A stretch of 24,967 bases of DNA from a virus (lineage: Duplodnaviria; Caudoviricetes). Where the stretch lies: positions 1 through 24,967 of IMG/VR virus record IMGVR_UViG_3300008255_000450; one strand, given 5' to 3'. A program made the translations under genes and the position numbers. The first letter of the stretch is position 1, and the number at the start of each line of letters is the position of its first letter. This document shows positions 6,169 to 13,303 of this stretch, piece by piece. The notes under the pieces are model-generated. The model did no database searches. It saw nothing but the letters and a program-made list of their open reading frames with translations, and was not told where the DNA came from.

Positions 6169-6966
6169 ATGGAAACAGCCGACTATAAGCAATATGAGAG
6201 CCGACCTGACGGCGACCTGTTCGTCATGTGGTTCGAGATTGCCGCACATAACTGCAACCACCGCGATGGCAAGCCCATCTTCCGCGATAACGTCGCACTG
6301 TTCAGATCCAAGGACGAGGCACTCCGCCGGTTCAACGAGCGAACGGTGCAGGGGTATGGTTGGAACGGACCACGGGAGCTAAGCGCCAACCTCACAGGGA
6401 AGGAGCTGGTGGAAATCCACAATCGGCTGCTCCTCGACGTTGAGGTTCGAAAGCTCGCGCCGCCCGGTCAACTGGTCAAGTTCCAGAATGCCTACATGAA
6501 AGGGCAGCTGGAGGTCAGCCTTGGCGAACCTCTCCCGCCTGACGCCGCGGACACCCCACTTGACGTGGCGACCAAGGTATGGCAGCAATTCCAGTTCATC
6601 GGGGACAAGGTCACCAACAAGTGGTTGGACGGCAATCCCGAGGCTGGTGGCGGTGGCGCTGACAAGGTCTTCAGGTTTCACATTGACAAGCTGAAGTCAT
6701 CTGACGGCCAAGCTACCATTGCGAAGCAGCCTAAGCAATGCCGGATCGTGGCCGAGGCGATCGCTGAGGAAGGCAAGTCCTTCATGAGCGAGGAGGAACT
6801 CGACCTCTTTGCCTTGAACCTCAAGCGATCCGGCAAGCTCAAGACCAAGCAGTCCGGTGAGCGGATTGTCCGATATTACCTCCCGACGTTAGCGAGCCTT
6901 GGCCTCGCCGAATACAAGGGACGCAAGCAAAAGGGTGGGGAAACTCAGGATGAAGCTGTCGGCTAA
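6169..6966 (+). CDS. Hypothetical protein with C-terminal paralog domain (paralog C)
   Basis: 265 aa; QPKQCRIV...SGKLKTKQSGERIVRYYLPTLASLGL; overlaps the primase start. Confidence 0.75.
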   Translation: METADYKQYESRPDGDLFVMWFEIAAHNCNHRDGKPIFRDNVALFRSKDEALRRFNERTVQGYGWNGPRELSANLTGKELVEIHNRLLLDVEVRKLAPPGQLVKFQNAYMKGQLEVSLGEPLPPDAADTPLDVATKVWQQFQFIGDKVTNKWLDGNPEAGGGGADKVFRFHIDKLKSSDGQATIAKQPKQCRIVAEAIAEEGKSFMSEEELDLFALNLKRSGKLKTKQSGERIVRYYLPTLASLGLAEYKGRKQKGGETQDEAVG

Positions 6967-9157
6967 AGAACTCGCTGAGCAACTCGGCCGCGGCAAAGAG
7001 GTCAAGCTCAACGAGACAAGCTACAACACCGTTTGCCCGGCGCACGATGACAATGGACCAAGCCTAACCGTCAGCGAAAGTCGTGATGGCCGGATCCTTG
7101 TCAAGTGCCACGCCGGGTGCCCGCAATCGTCAGTGATTGCCTCGCTCGAGTCCATGGGGCTCTGGCAGAAAAAGTCGAAGACATGGAAGGTGCTGAACAA
7201 GGGCAACGAGTCCAATGCACCTGTTAATCCAAGGCACCCCAAGTTTGGGGTGCCTGCCCGGAAGTGGACCTATCGCAACATCAAGGGCGAGTTAGTTGGC
7301 TTCACATTCAGGTTTGAAAACGGGGACAAGAAGGACATTGTCCCCATGGCCTACTGTGTCGCTGAAGAAGACGGCGAGCACCAGTGGCGTTGGAAGTCAT
7401 TCAACAAGCCCAGGCCACTCTACAACGAGCACCTGCTACGTGACGACCGAACCACGCCTGTCCTCTTGGTTGAGGGCGAAAAGACGGCAGATGCCGCCGC
7501 CCAGATCTTCCATGACTACATCGTCGTCACATGGGCCGGTGGATCGTCAGCGGTCAAGCACGCCAACTTCGAAGTCCTCAAGGGACGGGACGTTATCATC
7601 TGGCCGGATGCCGACGAACCTGGGCTGAAGGCGGCTGCGCTAATTGGCGAAATCCTCCTCGAAGCCAAGGTGAAAAGTCTCAAGCTTGTCTACCCGCCCA
7701 AGGAGCTTCCTAAGGGTTGGGACTTGGCTGACGAGATACCGGAAGGGGTCGACCTTGACAGGCGAGCCTCGGTGATCACAGCCCCGGAGTTCCAACCAAG
7801 TGGTGACTCCAAAATCGATGAGATGAACAGGCAATTTGCCTTGACGATCCTTGGCGACAAGGCGACGATCATCTGGGACCGTTGGGACCCGCTGCGCAAG
7901 CGGAATATGCCGAACTACATTGCGATTGCCGCGCTCAGGGCACTTTACGCCAACGAGTTTGTGCAGGTCGGCCGCAAGGAACAACCGATCGTCGAATACT
8001 GGATGACGCACCCAAGCCGGAAGACTTACGACGGCGTGGTGTTTGAACCGGGGGCAAACCCCGATCGGTATTACAACCTATGGCGAGGGTTCACTGTCGA
8101 ACCCGATCCCACAGGGGAATGGGACCTGTTCGAGGAGCATATGCGACTGAACGTGGCACAAGGCGACGAGAGCCTGTATCTCTGGATCATGGCGTGGTTT
8201 GCGCAAATGTTCCAGGATCCGCGCAACAAGCCAGGGACAAGCCTCGCGTTCCGTGGCCTGCAAGGCTGTGGCAAGACCGTTGTCGGCCAGCACATGGGCG
8301 CCTTGATCAGGGACAACTACGTCCTTGTCGACGACCCGCGTTACGTCCTGGGGAATTTCAACAGTCACATGGGTCACGCCCTGTTGCTGCAGGCTGACGA
8401 GGGGTTCTTCGCTGGTGACCCTCGTCATATCGGGCGGCTCAAGGGTCTAGTCACGTCAGACACCAACCGGATTGAGCCCAAGGGGAAGGACAGTTTCGAG
8501 ATCAACAACTACCTGCGGTTGTTGGTCTCATCCAACGAGAAGTGGATCGTCCCGGCAGCGTTTGAAGAACGGCGATTTGCCGTGATCGACGTCGGCGATG
8601 GCAGACTGCAGGACAAGGCGTTCTTCAAGGCCATGGCTCACCAGCTGCGGAACGGCGGATATGAGGGCTTGTTGCATCATCTGCTGACGATGGACATCAG
8701 CGACATCGACGTTGGGGTGATCCCCAAGACTGCAGCGCTAACGGAACAGAAGCAGCACAGCCTGGACATGGTGGCTCGGTTCTGGTTCGAACGGCTGCGT
8801 GACGGGGAAATCATGCCGGGCGTTTACGACTGGCCAAGTCACGTCTGCATCGAGGACCTGTATCAAGCGCTGATTAAGCGCTGCACGATGTGGGGTGTGC
8901 CAAGACGTGTGAGCGACAACCAGTTCGGTCGTGAGCTCAAGGACATGATGCCTGGTGGGGTGATTGAGCGCAGCCGCAAGTCGGTCAAGCGCTACGACAA
9001 CTCGGGTCACATGGACACGGTCCGCGCGTGGTGCTACATCTTGCCCCCACTCGAACACTGCAGGACGGCGTTTGAGGAGATGATGGGGACCAAGATCGAT
9101 TGGGACCGGTATGACCGCGGTGAGATTTCGGAAAACGAGGATGACATCCCGTTCTGA
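6950..9157 (+). CDS. Primase-helicase (Zn finger + TOPRIM + SF3/DUF5906-like P-loop NTPase)
   Basis: Motifs CPAHDD...CHAGC, LLVEGEKTADAA, IIWPDAD, Walker A GLQGCGKT, ADE, SSNE and ERRFAV. ATG 6950 preferred as start. Confidence 0.9.
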   Translation: MKLSAKELAEQLGRGKEVKLNETSYNTVCPAHDDNGPSLTVSESRDGRILVKCHAGCPQSSVIASLESMGLWQKKSKTWKVLNKGNESNAPVNPRHPKFGVPARKWTYRNIKGELVGFTFRFENGDKKDIVPMAYCVAEEDGEHQWRWKSFNKPRPLYNEHLLRDDRTTPVLLVEGEKTADAAAQIFHDYIVVTWAGGSSAVKHANFEVLKGRDVIIWPDADEPGLKAAALIGEILLEAKVKSLKLVYPPKELPKGWDLADEIPEGVDLDRRASVITAPEFQPSGDSKIDEMNRQFALTILGDKATIIWDRWDPLRKRNMPNYIAIAALRALYANEFVQVGRKEQPIVEYWMTHPSRKTYDGVVFEPGANPDRYYNLWRGFTVEPDPTGEWDLFEEHMRLNVAQGDESLYLWIMAWFAQMFQDPRNKPGTSLAFRGLQGCGKTVVGQHMGALIRDNYVLVDDPRYVLGNFNSHMGHALLLQADEGFFAGDPRHIGRLKGLVTSDTNRIEPKGKDSFEINNYLRLLVSSNEKWIVPAAFEERRFAVIDVGDGRLQDKAFFKAMAHQLRNGGYEGLLHHLLTMDISDIDVGVIPKTAALTEQKQHSLDMVARFWFERLRDGEIMPGVYDWPSHVCIEDLYQALIKRCTMWGVPRRVSDNQFGRELKDMMPGGVIERSRKSVKRYDNSGHMDTVRAWCYILPPLEHCRTAFEEMMGTKIDWDRYDRGEISENEDDIPF

Positions 9158-9173
9158 CGTGGCACCCGAGACA

Positions 9174-9197
9174 ACCCCGCCGCTGGCGCGGCGGGGT
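9174..9197. terminator. Hairpin between convergent genes
   Basis: Perfect 10-bp stem ACCCCGCCGC-TGGC-GCGGCGGGGT. Confidence 0.65.
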
Positions 9198-9206
9198 CTT
9201 GTAGCT

Positions 9207-9893
9207 TCAGCCAAGCTTTAGCTGGTCTTCCTTGCCTGACATGGGCCGATGGATTTCGAGATCCTCGCCCTGGATCTTGCCGGCTCTGTAGCCGTGTGCC
9301 CCAATCTTCCGTTCCTGAACATCAGCCTTTTTGTCGGGGTCGCACGTGTCAGCGATGTGTGCGTCCATTGCCGCCTCAACCTCGTCTGGGTTAGCCAAGG
9401 CATGGACCTTTGACCGAACTGCCCTGACCCAGCCATGGCAAAAGCCGTCAAGCTCCTGCGTCAGGCGCTTCCGATCAATCCGGTAGTTAGCCTTGAGGTG
9501 GGCACTAAAGTCAGTGCGGGCCTTGACGATCTTTCGGAGAAGGAAAGTGCAGGCATACTCCGCCACAGGCAACTGGTGCTTGGGACCAAGGAGCTCATAG
9601 CGACCCCAGTAGTCCCAGTCACTTGAGTGTCCGGCTATCCACAGAACGCGGCAACCAAAGGCACCAGCGACCTGCTGAACCAAGGCAAGCTCCCAGTCCT
9701 TGACCTTTGATACGGACTGGGTTGACCTGAACTGGGTAGTGCCAATCTGTGACCGGTGAAGATCAGTTGAGGTCAGATTATGCTCGGCCATCAACGCTTG
9801 TGCTTTTTGCAAGGCAAGTGCGGCTTCGTGTTCGTTTGAGCTAGTGGCAAGTGCCAACAACTTCTGGATTTTGTCGAGGATCTTGTCTTCCAT
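9207..9893 (-). CDS. DUF2786-domain protein
   Basis: N-terminal KILDKIQKLLALATSSNEHEAALALQKAQALMAEHNL is the DUF2786 signature; later FCHGWV and GYRAG. Confidence 0.85.
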   Translation of the reverse strand: MEDKILDKIQKLLALATSSNEHEAALALQKAQALMAEHNLTSTDLHRSQIGTTQFRSTQSVSKVKDWELALVQQVAGAFGCRVLWIAGHSSDWDYWGRYELLGPKHQLPVAEYACTFLLRKIVKARTDFSAHLKANYRIDRKRLTQELDGFCHGWVRAVRSKVHALANPDEVEAAMDAHIADTCDPDKKADVQERKIGAHGYRAGKIQGEDLEIHRPMSGKEDQLKLG

Positions 9894-9894
9894 C

Positions 9895-10101
9895 TCAGTC
9901 CACCTTAAAGATAAGGCCATTGGCCATGGTGATGTTAGCGTAGAACTCACGCTTGTGGCCGGTGATCGTCGGACGGTTCGACCCGGTGAGGCGACCGTTG
10001 GGCGAGTATTCCGGCGCGAACATCGAAGTCTCGCGATACTTGAGAGGCTGACCAATGGCCGCCTTCAGATCCTTCTTGGTGGGGTAGTCAAAGATCAGCA
10101 T
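9895..10101 (-). CDS. Small hypothetical phage protein (68 aa)
   Basis: GAGGAG RBS before ATG 10101; MLIFDYPTKKDLKAAIGQPLKYRETSMF... Confidence 0.7.
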   Translation of the reverse strand: MLIFDYPTKKDLKAAIGQPLKYRETSMFAPEYSPNGRLTGSNRPTITGHKREFYANITMANGLIFKVD

Positions 10102-10112
10102 GGGCTTTCTCC

Positions 10113-10247
10113 TCAGTGGCAGTAGGCTTGGGCAGCACCGATAGTGGCGCAGATCTTCGGGTCGCCAGAGGCATAGTAGCCATAGACCCAAAACTCGCCG
10201 TCAACTGCCCAGATTTCGCAGCGACCGTTCTTTTCGATGAGTGCCAT
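10113..10247 (-). CDS. Small hypothetical protein (44 aa), below the ORF-track cutoff
   Basis: MALIEKNGRCEIWAVDGEFWVYGYYASGDPKICATIGAAQAYCH fills the gap between its neighbours. Confidence 0.6.
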   Translation of the reverse strand: MALIEKNGRCEIWAVDGEFWVYGYYASGDPKICATIGAAQAYCH

Positions 10248-10249
10248 AA

Positions 10250-10432
10250 TTAAACAGCCGTCCCGGCGGTCTTGTCAACCAGCAAACCGCCCTTGGTCGA
10301 GGCGATCTTGTGGCCGTAGACCATCGCACGAAGCTGAACTCCGCGACGGCCAATGTTTTCCCAGGCGATGAAGAAGTGGGCGCCACGATCTTCGGGGGCG
10401 TAGTTGGCGTTGGTGAGGTTGGCTTCAAGCAT
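10250..10432 (-). CDS. Small hypothetical protein (60 aa)
   Basis: GGAG RBS immediately after promoter copy 3. Confidence 0.65.
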   Translation of the reverse strand: MLEANLTNANYAPEDRGAHFFIAWENIGRRGVQLRAMVYGHKIASTKGGLLVDKTAGTAV

Positions 10433-10446
10433 GGTGTGTCTCCGTC

Positions 10447-10505
10447 TTCGCTCTTGATGAACCCTTCTAGGGTGTGGCGACACGGATGTAAACAACAGAA
10501 TGCAA
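10447..10505 (-). promoter_or_regulatory. Repeated early promoter plus leader, copy 3
   Basis: TGCA...TTTACA-N17-TAGAAG-GGTTCATCAAGAGCGAA. Confidence 0.75.
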
Positions 10506-10516
10506 GAATCTTGCAA

Positions 10517-10705
10517 CTAAATGCAGCGAGCCATTCTGTGGTCAACCTGGTCTGCGACGGCCCAGAACTGCGTGCGCCAAGCCTTTGCGTTGGTGGCTGC
10601 GGAGTCCACACATGGGAATTGGTCGGGCGAGGTCATCAGGACCCGACCTTCGCTGCATATCATGGTCCAACGAAAACCGTTTCCGTCGGGGATGACCTCG
10701 ATCAT
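10517..10705 (-). CDS. Small hypothetical protein (62 aa)
   Basis: ATGA overlap with the upstream gene; MIEVIPDGNGFRWTMICSEGRVL... Confidence 0.6.
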   Translation of the reverse strand: MIEVIPDGNGFRWTMICSEGRVLMTSPDQFPCVDSAATNAKAWRTQFWAVADQVDHRMARCI

Positions 10706-10905
10706 TGGCGCGGGGGCCAACACCCACCACCACAGTCGGGATGGTTGCATTGGCAAACGTCGACAGGTCCGATCAGGGCTGCGCCTAGCATGAGCATCAT
10801 GGCCACACCAAAACCGATGCCTGGGGAAGGTTGAAGGCTCCCTTCAACGTAGGCGATAAGGATAGCCAAGGCAACCATTGCCCCGCGGATAAGCCAATAC
10901 TTCAT
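10702..10905 (-). CDS. Small two-TM membrane protein with Cys-rich tail
   Basis: AGGAG RBS; two hydrophobic segments followed by CQCNHPDCGGGCW. Confidence 0.6.
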   Translation of the reverse strand: MKYWLIRGAMVALAILIAYVEGSLQPSPGIGFGVAMMLMLGAALIGPVDVCQCNHPDCGGGCWPPRQ

Positions 10906-11033
10906 GATGGTCTCCTGTGATTGGCCGCGGCGCGGCATTTACGGTTGATGTTGCGCAGCCTCAGGTGTTCGTGGTAGGCGGCGATGTGGTGGAAGTGGTA
11001 GCCGTGGAAGTAGGTGAGCTCGGAATAGGGCAT
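10902..11033 (-). CDS. Putative His/Tyr-rich peptide (43 aa)
   Basis: GGAG RBS; MPYSELTYFHGYHFHHIAAYHEHLRLRNINRKCRAAANHRRPS; ATGA coupling to the next gene. Confidence 0.45.
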   Translation of the reverse strand: MPYSELTYFHGYHFHHIAAYHEHLRLRNINRKCRAAANHRRPS

Positions 11034-11242
11034 GCTGCAGTCTCCGGGTTGAGAGCCGCATCATACTCCGCAAAGATCCGCTCGATGTCAGCGCGATTGG
11101 TTAACACCTTCTGCGCCAGGCTAGGTGCCATGCTTTCGGCGGACCCGAACACCTTGTGGGCCAGATCCTCCACGGTTGCGGCCTCGGCGGTCTTGTGGAG
11201 TTTGCCTCGGTTGTCGAGGTAGGCTTCAACTTTGAGGGGCAT
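10961..11242 (-). CDS. Hypothetical protein (93 aa)
   Basis: GGAG RBS before ATG 11242; MPLKVEAYLDNRGKLHKTAEAA... Confidence 0.65.
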   Translation of the reverse strand: MPLKVEAYLDNRGKLHKTAEAATVEDLAHKVFGSAESMAPSLAQKVLTNRADIERIFAEYDAALNPETAACPIPSSPTSTATTSTTSPPTTNT

Positions 11243-11459
11243 TCGGGGTCTCCAGTTTTGGCAAAGGGCACCAGTCAGGTATGACATTGGTAGCTGTTGC
11301 AGTGACACGACCAGTCCTTGAGGCACTGGGCTCCCAAGGCAATTCTTGGTTCTTGAGACCGCAGGTTGGAATGTAGGCTACAGCTCCAAACCCGCCTTTG
11401 TGGTCTCTATGAGGACAAGTTCCACACGAACCAATCTTGATATACCTCGTCCTACTCAT
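11226..11459 (-). CDS. Cys-rich hypothetical protein (CxxCP...C...IPDWCPL)
   Basis: Four-Cys pattern typical of small phage Zn-binding proteins; ATGA overlap. Confidence 0.7.
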   Translation of the reverse strand: MSRTRYIKIGSCGTCPHRDHKGGFGAVAYIPTCGLKNQELPWEPSASRTGRVTATATNVIPDWCPLPKLETPNAPQS

Positions 11460-11734
11460 AGCCGGGCTCCGATGTGCTCATACTTCCGTTCGATGACGAT
11501 CGAGCACCGGTCACCAGTCCGGCGATCGTGCAACTCGAACATGAGGTGTTTTGCGTCGATGATTTCGCGCATGATCGTGTGGGTCGCCCGCGACGACCAA
11601 CAGTCGGGGATGTCAGGGATGACCTTTTGCGCCGCACGCAACCAAGCCTTGTGAGACTGGATTTGCTTTGGGGTGGCGAAGGCACGGGTGACGTTGATGC
11701 CAGCCTGGGGCATGCTGAACTGGGCGCGGGGCAT
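11456..11734 (-). CDS. Hypothetical protein (92 aa)
   Basis: TAATG and ATGA couplings on its two sides. Confidence 0.65.
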   Translation of the reverse strand: MPRAQFSMPQAGINVTRAFATPKQIQSHKAWLRAAQKVIPDIPDCWSSRATHTIMREIIDAKHLMFELHDRRTGDRCSIVIERKYEHIGARL

Positions 11735-11979
11735 TAGTCTGCAAACCCTGAGCCAAGGAAAGATACCTGAAGTCCATCACGGACAACCTCAACTTGGCTC
11801 ACCCGCAGATTGCGGGGGACAATCCCGGTTTCCAAAAGCTTGGCCGTAAGAACCGGGTCGTCTTGGCAGCCGTTGTGCGCGAGCACATAATGGACACGTG
11901 CTTCTTGGTTGAAGTTTTCGTGGTTAGGATCCTTGATAAGGATAACCGAACCACTGTGGGGGAATCTTGACATAGGCAT
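11734..11979 (-). CDS. Hypothetical protein (81 aa)
   Basis: AGGAG RBS right after promoter copy 4. Confidence 0.65.
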   Translation of the reverse strand: MPMSRFPHSGSVILIKDPNHENFNQEARVHYVLAHNGCQDDPVLTAKLLETGIVPRNLRVSQVEVVRDGLQVSFLGSGFAD

Positions 11980-11992
11980 GTATATGCTCCTA

Positions 11993-12050
11993 TTCGCTCT
12001 TGATGATCCCTTCTACGACGGGACGCTGGGCGTGTAAACAACAAAATGCA
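11993..12050 (-). promoter_or_regulatory. Repeated early promoter plus leader, copy 4
   Basis: TGCA...TTTACA-N17-TAGAAG-GGATCATCAAGAGCGAA. Confidence 0.75.
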
Positions 12051-12053
12051 GGC

Positions 12054-12455
12054 TCAGGTGTCTTTGCCATACTTTCCGAACACGGAAGCGCGGCGTTTGG
12101 CGTGACGTTCCTCCAGCAAGGCGCGTTCGTGCCAATACAGGACCTCATAGAACCGGCGGCCATACTGCGTGATGTAGGCCCATGAGCGCGTGTCGCCGCG
12201 AATGGTGAGGACACGGAATTGCTCCATGGCATCAAGGGTAGCGTAAGTCGTGCCCAGCTGGTGGACGCTGGCGCCTCGGTTTTCCCTGTCCTTCATGTAT
12301 AGGTGGCCAAGCACACGCTGCTGGACTTTGCTTAGCTTGGCGAACTTAGGGGGAAGGATCCGGAGGTCATCTATGCGTTCCCTGTTCTGCACAAATTCCG
12401 CATTGTGGCGAGGTTCGGGGCGTGATAAATGAACAATTCTGGGTAATTTTTTCAT
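12054..12455 (-). CDS. Hypothetical protein, possible winged-helix
   Basis: LSKVQQRVLGHL...TLDAMEQFRVL...AYITQYGRRFY resembles a wHTH with an ITxxG wing. Start uncertain. Confidence 0.55.
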   Translation of the reverse strand: MKKLPRIVHLSRPEPRHNAEFVQNRERIDDLRILPPKFAKLSKVQQRVLGHLYMKDRENRGASVHQLGTTYATLDAMEQFRVLTIRGDTRSWAYITQYGRRFYEVLYWHERALLEERHAKRRASVFGKYGKDT

Positions 12456-12461
12456 CTGCAA

Positions 12462-12764
12462 GTGTCCTGGCTGTCTGGGCAAGTGTCCTAGTTCTTTTTA
12501 CTGCACGGACACTGAACAAGTGTTTGAATTGGTTGACTAATCTGTGCTAGTGTGCATGGTGTCCTGAGGAAAAATCAAAATATTCTAAATTGATCACTTT
12601 TGCACTATGACAATAGTGCGGAGTCAATGGGTTGAAAACGATAACATCAACTAGGACAATAGGACACTAGTATAGAATGTTCAATCAATTCAATTAGATG
12701 GGCTTGTCTTGTCAGAAATAATCTTATAGAAGAACTAGGACACTTACTAGGACAGCCAGGACAC
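12462..12764. repeat. Nested imperfect palindrome with GGACA iterons; candidate replication origin or packaging site
   Basis: 35-bp inverted arms at 12462-12496 and 12730-12764 (4 mismatches), inner 13-bp arms, a central 7-bp hairpin, and an AT-rich noncoding core. Confidence 0.8.
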
Positions 12765-12865
12765 CGATGACTGAGCAAAACAGTTTTCTGTGCCAGATCT
12801 TATGGCTATATTAAGGGTTGAATTTGCCCTCTGGTCCGCGTCTCAAGATTGGTTTTGGAAGCCTC

Positions 12866-13303
12866 ATGACCCACCCACAACATCAGCCAGGTCCTCCCGG
12901 CAAGGATCGCGTGGAGCTGAACATCAAGCAAACGTCACGTTCCGCCGTGACCACCTCCACCCTCTCCGCACTCGAGCTGCGCCGCCAGATTGCAGCCAAG
13001 GTCGACGTGCTGGGCAACATCATGAAGCTTGCCAAGGGCGAAATCCCTGACGAGTGGATCAAGAACGGTCGCATCACAGATGAAGACGGTAACCTCACGG
13101 ATGGCAACCGCCTGACGCTCGGGCGGATCATCGAGGCGAACTACAAGCTGCTCGACCGGATCCTGCCCTCGCTCAAGTCGATCGAAATCTCGGACAATCC
13201 CGACGACAAGGTCGCCGATTACGAACTGAGCCGGCAACGGTTCCTCAAGCTGCTGGAGAGCCGCCTTGCTGCAGAAGATCCTGGAAGCAAGGCCGTCCAG
13301 TGA
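12866..13303 (+). CDS. Putative terminase small subunit
   Basis: Directly upstream of and overlapping TerL; C-terminal KLLDRILPSLKSIEI segment. Confidence 0.65.
   Translation: MTHPQHQPGPPGKDRVELNIKQTSRSAVTTSTLSALELRRQIAAKVDVLGNIMKLAKGEIPDEWIKNGRITDEDGNLTDGNRLTLGRIIEANYKLLDRILPSLKSIEISDNPDDKVADYELSRQRFLKLLESRLAAEDPGSKAVQ

Noticed and set aside
12462-12764. CRISPR array or IS/MITE
   Set aside because: No regular repeat-spacer period, no transposase and no evident target-site duplication. Symmetry and iterons run throughout the element rather than only at its ends.
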